Source of the DNA: Ranitomeya imitator
Taxonomy: Eukaryota
Direction: 5' to 3'
Assembly: GCF_032444005.1 (NCBI RefSeq)
Contig: NC_091284.1
Location: forward strand, 301,444,001 to 301,508,000
DNA length: 64,000 nt
The position numbers were made by a program, and so were the translations under genes. Of this stretch, positions 10,725 through 22,832 are shown in pieces (position 1 is the stretch's first letter; each line of letters opens with the position of its first letter). The notes under the pieces were generated by a model. That model saw only the letters and a list, made by a program, of their open reading frames with translations, had not been told where the DNA came from and did not search any database.

Positions 10725-11800
10725 CTTTGTGCATAATTATTAGGCAAGTGAGTATTTTAACCATATCTTCAATTTTATTCATATTTGCCACCTTCATGCT
10801 GTAAATACTTGAATGCTTGATGTGTGATGAGGGAGTGTGAGACCTAAGGATACAACATCTTTTATCAAGGTGTGCTAAACTATTAGGCGGCAGTGTTTTC
10901 TAAAGGCAAAAATGGGACAAAAAAAAGAGTTAATCGATACTGAAAAGTAAAAAATTATTACAAGTCATACAGAGAGATGCTGCACTCTTGAATTTGCTAA
11001 GATATTGGAGCGTGATCACAGACCCATCAAAAAGTTGTGTTGTAAATAGTCATCAGGGTTGCAAAAAATGTGTTGAGAGAAAAGATGCACATTAACTGCC
11101 AAAGAGTTTGAGAAAAATCAAATGTGATGTGACCAGAAACCCATTATCCGCCAGTGCTGACAGATTCTAGATCTGCAACCTCCCTGGAGTGCCCAGATGT
11201 ACAAGGTTTTCAGTGCTCAGAGACATGGCTAAGATAATGAAGGCTGAAGCCCGACCACCACTGAATAAGACACAGAAGTTGAAATGTCAAGACTTGGCTT
11301 AGAAATATCTTGAGAAATATTTTTCAAAAGTTTTATGGACTGGTGAGATCAGTGACTTTTAAGGGAGCAGATGGATGGACCTGGATCAGTAATGTGCATA
11401 GACTTAGGGCGCATACTCACTTGCGCATACTCACCGTGTCTCGCAGGTTAAAACCCTCTGGCGCTGGCACTTCGGAGCGGAGCATGCAGCTCCATGTGTT
11501 GCTATGCAGCCGCACGCTCCGCTCTGGAGTGCCGGCGCCAGAGCTTGGTTTTCACATGTGAGACACGGACGTTTATCTCGCAAATGTTAAGGAGCCCTTA
11601 GACTTCGGCTCAGACTCCATAATGGTGAAGATGCAGTACTACTATGGGCTGGTAACATTAGTGATGAGATAGTTGGATGATTTCAGGTTTAAGATGCAAG
11701 CAGTGGTATAGGAAAAAGTCTACATCTTTCAAAAAGTCTATAATTTTAGTGCAGGACAATACTCCTTTGCATATAATGAAATACTCCACTTCTTGGCTAG
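10725..11800 (+). mobile_element. Degenerate Tc1-like transposon
   Basis: MGQKKELIDTEK N-terminus near 10912, GADGW, and KQWYRKKSTSFKKSIILVQDNTP; boundaries approximate. Confidence 0.7.
11407..11597. mobile_element. Harbinger-type MITE
   Basis: TTA TSD at 11404-11406 and 11598-11600; imperfect GGGC..TTGCG TIRs; internal palindrome. Confidence 0.7.
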
Positions 11801-12454
11801 CCATTTCCTGGCCCACTTTTTTCATCTCAACGTTTTTGATAAGTGAAACAGCCGTCGTCCACACACCCTGTGAGCTCCCTACTACCTGTGTTTTATGGAT
11901 GTTCCATAAATTTATACCGTTTTTACAAATTGTGAGTTCCTTAATTTGGATATGTTAATAAAGGCTTAGGTGACCCCCAACAAGATTCATTCGTAGAAGA
12001 AGTGTTGGTGATTAAAGTATATTACAAAAGCGATTGTTATGAAGCAGTAGGACATATGAAAGGGAGTAAAAAAAAAAGTAGTGGAAAACCCTTAAAAAGT
12101 GTAAGGTTTGGCTGTCTGTGCTTTATTTGACACTAGACAGAGTGAACACCCCTGGATATTTACATTTCTTAAAGCACTTGAATTAAACCAAGAATGAAGA
12201 AACTCTTTCCTTCTTCGAGTCTCAACTGGTTTCTTTCTGTACTCAAAGACTATTAAACAATTGAGTTCTTTGTTTATTAGGTTTTTGAACCTTAAAACTA
12301 CCTTATATTTTTTATCACTGCCACCTGTAGCACTTTTTTTTGGAAGTGCATTTGAACAGCAAGGTGGATTGCTGTTAAGGGGAACTAGAGAAAAATAAAA
12401 TCTATAAATCTTCAGCTTAGCAAGTGGAACGAGCTGAGTGTGACCTGAGTGTAA

Positions 12455-12836
12455 GGGTACCGTCACACAGTGGCATTTTGGTCGCTACGACGGCACGATC
12501 CGTGACGCTCCAGCATCGTAAACTGCTGTCACACTTTGCAATGTACGACGCTGGAGCGATAATTTCATGACGTATGTGCGATGTAGAAGCCGTTGGTTAC
12601 GATGCGCACATCGTATACAATATCGTGCACACCTTTGATACACCATGCGATCATGCCGCCACAGCGGGACACTAGACGACGAAAGAAAGTTTCAAACGAT
12701 CTGCTACGACGTACGATTCTCAGCGGGGTCCCTGATCGCAGGAGCGTGTCAGACACTGCTAGATCGTAACTATATCGCTGGAACGTCACGAATCGTGCCG
12801 TCGTAGCGATCAAAATGCCACTGTGTGACAGTACCC
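12455..12836. mobile_element. Harbinger-type MITE in the CR1 5' UTR
   Basis: TAA TSD at 12452-12454 and 12837-12839; TIR GGGTACCGTCACACAGTGGCATTTTG. Confidence 0.9.
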
Positions 12837-13005
12837 TAAGTGTGAACGGCGGTAAGTGTGACTTGTGATTCAGTGACTTTGGATTCAGGGAGTTTCCAAG
12901 GGAGGAATTGCTGTCTGTTTTTTATTAATACTTTGTATTTATTTTTTTATTTATTTTTTTTTTTTATTATTTAACTTTTCTGTGTGGTGCAATCCCCATT
13001 AGGAA

Positions 13006-13596
13006 ATGTGCTCCACTATTGTTAATGCCATCCAGTGCACATCTTGCCACATGTATGCAATCCTTGAGCAGCCGATCGAGGGTGCATACTGCTGTGCGAG
13101 ATGTGAGCACGTTGTGCATTTGGAAACCCAGATAGATGTGCAGCTGGCAACACTGAGATCCATAGACAATATGGAGAGGAGTCTTCTGCTCACAGAGCAG
13201 ACGCTCAATGGGATAGATGAGGAGGGGGATGGTAGGATGGAGCTGCAGGACGATGGAGTAGCAAGCTGGGTGACAGTTAGGAAGCGGGGTAAAGGGAAGA
13301 GTGCCAGGGAGGCTAGTCCTGATCTGGAACACCCCAATAAGTTTGCTAAGTTCGCAGATGAGGGGGGTGCCAGTACAGGGGTAGCACTGCTGCAGCCAGG
13401 CATGTCCTCTGAAAGCCGGAGGAGTGACTGGAGCAGTAAGGAGGGAAATAGGAGAGCAGGGCAGGCCAGACAGGTGCTGGTAGTGGGGGACTCAATTATT
13501 AGGGGAACAGGTAGGGCAATCTGTCACAAAGACAGGGATCGTCGAACGGTGTGCTGCCTCGGACTGGACACTACACTCGGACTGGGTAGCGGTTAG
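13006..13596 (+). CDS. CR1 ORF1p, truncated (zinc finger, coiled coil, start of SGNH esterase)
   Basis: CTSCHM..CCARC zinc finger, heptad leucines and VLVVGDSIIRG; cut by the deletion near 13560. Confidence 0.8.
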   Translation: MCSTIVNAIQCTSCHMYAILEQPIEGAYCCARCEHVVHLETQIDVQLATLRSIDNMERSLLLTEQTLNGIDEEGDGRMELQDDGVASWVTVRKRGKGKSAREASPDLEHPNKFAKFADEGGASTGVALLQPGMSSESRRSDWSSKEGNRRAGQARQVLVVGDSIIRGTGRAICHKDRDRRTVCCLGLDTTLGLGSG

Positions 13597-14100
13597 CAGT
13601 GGGGTACCACAGGGGTCAGTATTGGGCCCTCTTCTTTTTAACATATTTATTAATGACCTTGTAGTGGGCATTCAGAGTAGAATTTCAATATTTGCAGATG
13701 ACACTAAACTCTGCAGGGTAATCAATACAGGAGAGGAAAATTTAATTTTACAGGATGATTTATGTAAACTAGAAGCTTGGGCTGATAAATGGCAAATGAG
13801 CTTTAATGGGGATAAATGTAAGGTCATGCACTTGGGTAGAAGTAATAAGATGTATAATTATGTGCTTAATTCTAAAACTCTGGGCAAAACCGTCAATGAA
13901 AAAGACCTGGGTGTATGGGTGGATGACAAACTCATATTCAGTGGCCAGTGTCAGGCAGCTGCTACAAAGGCAAATAAAATAATTGGATGCATTAAATGAG
14001 GCATAGATGCTCATGAGGAGAACATAATTTTACCTCTATACAAGTCACTAGCTCGACCACACTTAGAATACTGTGCACAGTTCTGGTCTCCGATGTATAA

Positions 14101-14730
14101 GGCTATGTTCACACTTTGCGGTTTTTACCGCGGAACCGTGGCGATTTTGCAGCTGCGGGTCCGCTGCAGTTTCCATTGCGTTTACAGTAACATGTAAACC
14201 ATATGGAAACCACAAACCGCTGTGCACATGCTGAGGGAAGTAAGCGGATAATGTGTGGGTGGTACCCGGGGTGGAGGAGAGGAGACTCTCCTCCAGGCCC
14301 TGGGAACCATATTTGTGTAAAAAAAAAAAGAATTAAAATGAAAAATAATGCTATACTCACCTCTCAGCGCTGCACGCGGCCGTCCGGTCTCAGGTTTGCT
14401 ATGCGACCAGGACCTGCGGTGACGTCGCGGTCACATGACCGTGACGTCACGAAGGTCCTTCTCGCACAGCATCTCTCGAACCGGACCGCCGCCTGCAGCG
14501 CCGAGGAGATCGGGACGTCAGAGGGTGAGTATATCATTATTTTTAACATTACTATTGATGCTGCATATTGCTGCATATGCAGCATCAATAGTAGGAGTAA
14601 TCCCGCAGCGGAACCCGCAACACAAACCGCGATAAATCTGCAGGGATAACCGCAGCGGGTTTGTCCTGCAGATTTATCAAATCCGCTGCGGGAAAACCCG
14701 CGGGACCCGACGCTGCGTGTGAACATAGCC
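14101..14730. mobile_element. Harbinger-type MITE in the CR1 RT
   Basis: TAA TSD at 14098-14100 and 14731-14733; TIRs GGCTATGTTCACAC / GTGTGAACATAGCC. Confidence 0.9.
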
Positions 14731-15442
14731 TAAGAAACACATAGCTGAACTGGAGCGGGTGCAGAGAAGAGCGTCCAAGGTTATTAGAGGACTGGGGGGT
14801 CTGCAATACCAAGATAGGTTATTACACTTGGGGCTATTTAGTTTGGAAAAATGAAGACTAAGGGGTGATCTTATTTTAATGTATAAATATATGAGGGGAC
14901 AGTACAAAGACCTTTCTGATGATCTTTTTAATCATAGACCTGAAACGTGGACAAGGGGGCATCCTCTAGGTTTGGAGGAAAAAAGGTTTAAGCATAATAA
15001 CAGACGCGGATTCTTTACTGTAAGAGCAGTGAGACTATGGAACTCTCTGCCGTATGATGTTGTAATGAGTGATTCATTACTTAAATTTAAGAGGGGACTG
15101 GATACCTTTCTGGAAAAGTATAATGTTACAGGATATATACACTAGATTCCTTGATAGGGCGTTGATCCAGAGAATTAGTCTGATTGCCGTATGTGGAGTC
15201 GGGAAGGAATTTTTTTCCCCAAGGTGGAGCTTACTCTTTGCCACATGGGTTTTTTTTTGCCTTCCTCTGGATCAACATGTTAGGGCATGTTAGGTTAGGC
15301 TATGGGTTGAACTAGATGGACTTAAAGTCTTCCTTCAACCTTAATAACTATGTATGGTAACTATGTAACTATTTAGCGAGATTTGGGCCCTGTAGGTTCA
15401 GGAAACTTTTTTCAACATTTTGAATGATAAACTTGTCTTTAA

Positions 15443-16708
15443 CCCCTTTCTGACCTCGGACGGGATAGTACGTCCGAGGTCAGATCCCCTGCTTTGATGC
15501 AGGGCTCCGCGGTGAGCCTGCATCAAAGCCGGGACATGTCAGCTGTTTTGAACAGCTGACATGTGCCCGTAATAGGCGCGAGCAGAATCGCGATCTGCCC
15601 GCGCCTATTAACTAGTTAAATGCCGCTGTCAAACGCAGACAGCGGCATTTAACTACTGCTTCCGGCCGGGCGGAAATGATGTCATCGCCGACCCCCGTCA
15701 CATGATCGGGGGTCGGCGATGCTTCAGAATTGTAACCATAGAGGTCCTTGAGACCTCTATGGTTACTGATCGCCGGCAGCTGTGAGCGCCACCCTGTGGT
15801 CGGCGCTCACAGCACACCTGATTTTCAGCTACATAGCAGCAAACAGCAGATCGCTGCTATGTAGCAGAGGCGATCGTGCTGTGCCTGCTTCTAGCCTCCC
15901 ATGGAGGCTATTGAAGCATGGCAAAAGTTAAAAAAAAGTAAAAAAAATTGTGAAAAAAATAAAAAAAAATATAAAAGTTTAAATCACTCCCCTTTCGCCC
16001 CAATCAAAATAAATCAATAAAAAAAAAAATCAAATCTACGCATATTTGGTATCGCCGCGCTCAGAATCGCCCGATCTATCAACTAAAAAAAAGCATTAAC
16101 CTGATCGCTAAACAGCGTAGAGAGAAAAAAAATTCAAAACGCCAGAATTTCGTTTTTTTTGGTCGCCGCGACATTGCATTAAAATGCAATAACGGGCGAT
16201 CAAAAGAACATATCTGCACCAAAATGCTATCATTAAAAACATCATTTCGGCACGCAAAAAATAAGCCCTCAACCGACCCCAGATCATGAAAAATGAAGAC
16301 GCTACGGTTATCGGAAAATGGCACTTTTTTTTTTTTTTTTTTTTTTAGCAAAGTTTGGAATTTTTTTTCACCACTTAGTAATGTTAGGTGTCTATGAACT
16401 CGTACTGACCTGGAGAATCATAATGGCAGGTCAATTTTAGCATTTAGTGAACCTAGCAAAAAAGCCAATCAAAAAACAAGTGTGGGATAGCACTTTTTTT
16501 GCAATTTCACCGCACTTGGAATTTTTTTCCCGTTTTCTAGTACACGCATTCTAAAACCAATGATGTCGTTCAAAAGTACAACTCGTCCCGCAAAAAATAA
16601 GCCCTCACATGGCCAAATTGACGGAAAAATAAAAAAGTTATGGCTCTGGGAAGGAGGGGAGCGAAAAATGAACACGGAAAAACGAAAAATCCCAAGGTCA
16701 TTAAGGGG
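15443..16708. mobile_element. piggyBac-like non-autonomous element
   Basis: TTAA|CCCCTT ... AAGGGG|TTAA; no coding capacity. Confidence 0.85.
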
Positions 16709-17504
16709 TTAAGTGTAAGCATACATTTTGGCCCAAAGTTGTATTTTCTTTTCACAAATCCCAGGATATAATTCCTTCCTGCTGTGCTAATCCCAGAGAA
16801 AAGTTGATGTTCATAGAGCACTTCTCCAGTATGTTTAAGTGACTATATGCTGGAGAACTTACAAAAATGTATTTATTCAATATTTGGGACAAATAGAAAG
16901 GAAAAGCACAGCCAGGAGTACTGTGTCTCTTTTGGATTCATCTTTCCATTTGTGAGGCTTCTAAGCCCCTAATCAATTCATTCCAGAAAGTATTTTGCCT
17001 ATTCGACTAGATCATTTTCTTTTTTTTGTACCAAAAGTGCTTGATCAGGATGGCAGTGCAGCACCCTCCCTGGAAAAGTGTACAAACCCTTACAGAACAT
17101 TAGAGACTTGATGTTTTAGCTTCCATAATATACCGTATTTTGCAAGTATGAAACAAAATGCAAACTGCTATAGCTTAGCCTTGGTAACTTTTTTATTGGT
17201 AATTCTCAGGTGTGCTGTCATAGAGACATCTAAGAACAAGATGCCTTTAACTTACTGATAATCTGGCTTCCTTGAAATGTCCATGACATCACAGATACAT
17301 TCCCTCACATTTTTTGTTTGTTCGATATTTAGGGACTTATTCAAGGGTTACCTTATGATATTTTGTTATAATTCACTGAAGGCGTGAGGGGGGGTGTTGT
17401 ATGATGGTTGAGTCTTTATTTCTAATTGTCCAAGGCAATCTCAAATGTGGTATCTTGAAGACTTTCAGGATTACTGATTAGTCTAATACTTCTTTCTTCT
17501 TTAG

Positions 17505-17673
17505 GCCACATCTCCCACTGCTCCTCCGCACTGGTCAGTTTCCTCTCCCAATTCCAGCTCTTCTAGTCTAGGACAGTACTTTGAGAAATTCGATGTGAAA
17601 GAAACTTCTTACCATCTTCTCATCTCAAGGCTAGAAATACATGTGTGTGATGAAAGTCAAACAAGGACTACAG
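17505..17673 (+). CDS. bltp3a: Internal coding exon of bridge-like lipid transfer protein 3A (UHRF1BP1)
   Basis: Polypyrimidine TTCTTTCTTCTTTAG acceptor and CAG|GTACAT donor; 169 nt, open: ATSPTAPPHWSVSSPNSSSSSLGQYFEKFDVKETSYHLLISRLEIHVCDESQTRTT, matching recalled human BLTP3A NSSSSRLSQYFEKFDVKESSYHLLISRLDLHICDDSQ. Confidence 0.85.
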
Positions 17674-18471
17674 GTACATGTACATAACAGTGATTTGTAG
17701 TAATGAAACATTTATTGAAGTGGTGGAGCATTAGAAATTGCTACAAAATACAATAATCCAAAGGGAGAGCTTTTAAAACTGTATGTGCTTAGAGTATCAG
17801 TTTTTTTTATACATTTGATTGACAGCGACTTTTAAATGTTTACATCAGTGATTAGAGTTGGCACAATTCTCCATCAGTATCATTGTGGCGAATGGCGATG
17901 CCTAGTATATATATATTTTTTTAATATTAAAAATGTTTATATTGCTGCATTCCAAGAGCTACAACTTGTCAAGGTTTGTTATTTCTAGGATAGCTGTATG
18001 CAGGTTTTTTTTATTATAGCAGAGCTGAAATTTTTATTGGTATAATTTTGTGTAACATTAACTTTTCTAAAATCTAAATGTGTTCACTTGCAGGGGTTGT
18101 GCATAATTCCTGATATACAAGTATTTTCCCTCTTAAGAACTGGATTATTTTTTATATTTACATTTTTTTTAATCAAGAAACTTTTATTAAAACCAATGTC
18201 AAAAGTTACAGCAGGACAGATGGCAATAGACATAACATTATATAGCTCAGGTACATGGAGAGAAAACTAATAAACCAATGTTCATATATTTTGCAAACCA
18301 AATTCTACCCTGGTCCTCCTTCCCCTGATTAAACTCCCCCCTCCCCCCCGTATTTACGCTTTAATATACAGTGGGTACGGAAAGTCCCCCCCCCCCCCTT
18401 TAAATTTCTCACTCTTTGTTTCATTGCAGCCATTGGGTAAATTCAAAAAAGTTCATTTTTTTCCACATTAA

Positions 18472-21394
18472 CCCCTTTCTGACATATGACGTACTATCCC
18501 GTCGAGGTGGAGTGGGCCCGTATGACTACTGACTGGATAGTACGTCATACGCCATCGGCCGCGCTCACGGGGGGAGCGCGGCCGGGTGTCAGCTATCGCA
18601 GTCACGAACCGCCCCCGGCACATTAACCCCCGGCACACCGCGATCAAACATGATCGCGGTGTGCCGGCGGTATAGGGAAGCATCGCGCAGGGAGGGGGCT
18701 CCCTGCGGGCTTCCCTGAGACCCCCGGAGAAACGCGATGTGATCGCGTTGCTCCGAGGGTCTCCTACCTCCTTCCTCGCTGCTGCAGGCCCATATCCAAA
18801 ATGGCCACAGCATCCGGGTCCTGCAGGGAGGTGGCATCACTGCGCCTGCTCAGAGCAGGCGCCGGGAAGCCAGGAGAAGTGCACGTCAGATCGCTGAACT
18901 GACACAGTGCACAGCAAAATGTCAGATCAGCGATCTTACACTATAACATGATGCCCCCCCCCCCCCCCCCCCCGGGGCAATGTTATAGTGTAAAAAACAA
19001 ATATTCACATGTGTAAAAAAAAATAAAAAATAAAAGTATATATTCTTCCTATAAATACATTTCTTTGTCTAATTAATAAAAAAAACAATAAAAGTACACA
19101 TTTAGTATCGCCGCGTCCGTAACGACCCCTCCTATAAAACTATATCACTAATTAACCCATTCAGTGAACACCGTAAAAAAAAAAAAAAAAACGAGGCAAA
19201 AAACAACGCTTTATTCTCATACCGCCAAACAAAAAGTGGAATAACACGCGATCAAAAAGACTGATATAAATAACCATGGTACCACTGAAAACGTCATCTT
19301 GTCCTGCAAAAAACGAGCCGCCATACAGCATCATCAGCGAAAAAATGAAAGTTATAGTCCTCAGAATAAAACGATGCAAAAATAATTATTTTTTCGATTA
19401 AATAGTTTTTATCATATAAAAGCGCCAAAACATTAAAAACTGATGTAAATGAGGTATCGCTGTAATCGTACTGACCCGAAGAATAAAATTGCTTTATCAA
19501 TTTTACCAAACGCGGAACGGTATAAAAGCCTCCCCCAAAAGAAATTCATGAATAGCTGGTTTTTGGTCATTCTGCCTCACCAATATCGGAATAAAAAGAT
19601 CAAAAAATGTCACGTGCCCGAAAATGTTACCAATAAAAACGTCAACTCGTCCCGCAAAAAACAAGACCTCACATGACTCTGTGGACCCAAATATGGAAAA
19701 ATTATAGCTCTCAAAATGTGGTAACGCAAAGAATATTTTTTTGCAATAGAAAGCGTCTTTCAGTGTGTGACTGCTGCCAATCATAAAAATCCGCTAAAAA
19801 AACCTGCTATAAATAGTAAATCAAACCCCCCCGTTCATCACCCCCTTAGTTAGGGAAAAATGTATTTATTTCCATTTTCCCACTAGGGTTAAGGCTGCAG
19901 TTGGGGTAGGGTTGGGGCTAGGGTTAGGGTTGGGGCTAAAGTTAGGGTTAGGGTTGGGGCTACATTTACGGTTGGGAATAGGGTTGGGATTAGGGGTGTG
20001 TCAGGTTTAGAGGTGTTGTTAGGGTTACCGTTGGGATTAGGGTTAGGGGTGTGTTAGGATTAGGGTTTCAGTTATAATTGGGGGGGTTTCCACTGTTTAG
20101 GCACATCAGAGGCTCTCCAAACGCAACATGGCGTCCGATCTCAATTCCAGCCAATTCTGCGTTGAAAATGTAAAACCGTGCTCCTTCCCTTCCGAGCTCT
20201 CCCGTGTGTCCAAACGGGTTTACCCCAACATATGGGGTATCAGCATACTCAGAACACATTGGAAAACAACTTTTGGGGTCCAATTTCTCCTGTTACCATT
20301 GGGAAAATACTAAAACTAGGGGCTAAAAAATAATTTTTGTGGGAAATTTTTTATTTTTTTTATTTTCACAGCTCTGCGTTATAAACTGTAGTGAAACACT
20401 TGGAGGTTCAAAGTTCTCACAACACATCTAGATAAGTTCCTTGGGAGGTCTAGTTTCCAATATGGGGTCACTTGTGGGGGGTTTCCACTGTTTAGGTACA
20501 TTAGGGGCTCTGCATACGCAATGTGACGCCTGCAGACCAATCTATTTAAGTCTGCATCCCAAATGATGCTCCTTCCCTTCCGAGCTCTCCCATGCGCTCA
20601 AACAGTGGTTTACCCCCACATATGGGGTATCAGCGTACTCAGGACAAATTATACAACAACTTTTGGGGTCCAATTTCTTCTCTTACCCTTGGGAAAATAA
20701 AAAATTGGGGGCGAAAACATAATTTTCTCCTGTTACCCTTGGTAAAGTAAAACAAATTGGAGCTGATATAAATTTCTTGTGAAAAAAAGTTAAATGTTCA
20801 TTTTTATTTAAACATTCCAAAAATTCCTGTGAAACACCTGAAGGGTTAATAAACTTCTTGAATGTGGTTTTGGGCACCTTGAAGGGTGCAGTTTTTAGAA
20901 TGGTGTCACACTTGGGTATTTTCTATCATATAGACCCCTAAAAATTACTTCAAATGAGATGTGGTCCCTATAAAAAAATGTTGTTGTAAAAATGAGAAAT
21001 TGCTGGTCAACTTTTAACCCTTATGACTCCCTAACAAAAAAAAATTTTGGTTCCAAAATTGTGCTGATGTAAAGTAGACATGTGGGAAATGTTACTTATT
21101 AAGTATTTTTTGTGACATATCTCTGTGATTTAATTGCATAAAAATTCAAAGTTGGAAAAATGCAAAATTTTCATAATTTTCGCCAAATTTCCATTTTTTT
21201 CACAAATAAACGCAGGTGAGATCAAAGAAATGTTACCACTAGCATGAAGTACAATATGTCACAAGAAAACAATGTCAGAATCACCAGGATCCGTTGAAGC
21301 GTTCAAGAGTTATAACCTCATAAAGAGACAGTGGTCAGAATTGTAAAAATTGGCCCGGTCATTAACGTGCAAACCACCCTCGGGGGTGAAGGGG
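18472..21394. mobile_element. piggyBac-like non-autonomous element (2.9 kb)
   Basis: TTAA TSD at 18468-18471 and 21395-21398; CCCCTT/AAGGGG termini; related to 15443-16708; internal tandem duplication at about 20080-20700. Confidence 0.85.
19884..20067 (+). repeat. Degenerate TTAGGG/TTGGGG array inside the piggyBac-like element
   Basis: Direct reading, e.g. GGGTTAGGGTTGGGGCTAAAGTTAGGGTTAGGGTTGGGG. Confidence 0.85.
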
Positions 21395-22832
21395 TTAATG
21401 TACACTCTGCACCCCATCTTGACTGAAAAAAAGACAAATGTAATTTTTGCAAATTTAATAAAAAAGAAAAACTGAAATATCACATGGTCATAAGTATTCA
21501 GACCCTTTGCTCATACACGCATATTTAAGTCACATACTGTCCATTTCCTTGTGATCCTTCTTGAGATGGTTCTACTCCTTCATTGGAGTCTAGCTGTGTT
21601 TAATTAAACTGATAGGTGTATGCCTTTTCAAATCAAGTCCTGTCTATATAAGATCTCACAGCTCACAGTGCATGTCAGACCAAATGAGAATCATGAGGTC
21701 AAAGGAACTGGCCATGGAGCTTAGAGACAGAATTGTGGCAAGGCACAGATCTGGCCAAGGTTACAACAGAATTTCTGCAGTACTCAAGGTTCCTATGGGC
21801 ACAGTGGCTCCATAATTCTTAAATGGAAGGAGTTTTGGATCACTAGAAGTCTTCCAAGAGCTGGCCATCCAGCCAAACTGACCAATCGTGGGAGAGGAGC
21901 CTTGGTGAGAGAGGTAAAGAAGAACCCCAAGATCACTGTGGCTGACATCCAGAGATGCAGTAGGGAGATGGGAGAAAGTTCCACAACTTTTTGGTAATAA
22001 TTCTAAGTGGTATGTGTGGAGAAAACCAGGCATTGCTCATCACCTGCCCAATAGAATCCCAACAGTGAAACATGGTGGTGGCAGCATCATGCTATGGGGG
22101 TGTTTTTCAGCTGCAGGGACAGGACGACTGGTTGTCATAAAAGGAAACATGAATGTATCCAAGTACAGAGATATCCTGGATGAAAACCTCTTCCAGAGTG
22201 CTCTGGACCTCAGACTTGGCCAAAGGTTTACCTTTAAACAATACAATGACACTAAGCACACAGCTAAAATAACAAAGGAGTGGCTTCAGAACAACTCTGT
22301 GACCATTCTTGACTGGCCCAGCCAGAGCCCTGAGCTAAACCCAATTGAGCATCTCTGGAGAGACCTGAAAATGGCTATCCACCAATGTTTACCATCCAAC
22401 CTGACGGCACTGGATAGGATCTGCATGGAAGAATGGCAGAGGATCCCCAAATCCAGTTGTGAAAAATGTGTTCCTTTCCCAAGACGACTTATGGCTGTAC
22501 GAGCTCAAAAGGGTGTTTCTACTCAAAACTGAGCAAAAAGTCTGAGTACTTATGACCATGTGATATTTCAGTTTTTCTTTAATGCACTTGCAAAAATTAC
22601 TACATTTCTGGGTTTTTTCAGTTAACATGGGGTACAAAGTGTACATTAATGAGAAAAAAAATGAACTTTTTGAATTTACCAAATGGCTGCAATGAAACAA
22701 AGATTGAAAAATTTAAAGGGGTATGAATACATGTACTTTCCATACCCACTGTATATTTCTAATGCTTCAAAGAGGCATAACTTTTCTATCATTTTGTCGT
22801 CATAGTATATAGGCTTGTTTTTGCATGGTGAG

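Larger units (their letters stand above)
12400..15372 (+). mobile_element. CR1 LINE with 5' UTR, ORF1, large internal deletion, RT C-half and 3' tail
   Basis: ORF1 13006-13596; SGVPQGSVLGPLLFNIFINDL..FADDTKL at about 13597-13710; [14 protein letters not shown]; (AACTATGT)n tail; 5' boundary approximate. Confidence 0.9.
18369..22751 (+). mobile_element. Tc1 transposon with long TIRs (about 220 bp), internally deleted, interrupted by a piggyBac-like element
   Basis: TA|CAGTGGGTACGGAAAGT ... TTCCATACCCACTG|TA; transposase remnants 21693-22532 ([31 protein letters not shown]). Confidence 0.9.

Noticed and set aside
18094-18130. TTCACTTGCAG acceptor as the next bltp3a exon
   Set aside because: The phase-compatible frame hits TGA after a few codons and does not resemble the expected GGAMQL..DYYP sequence
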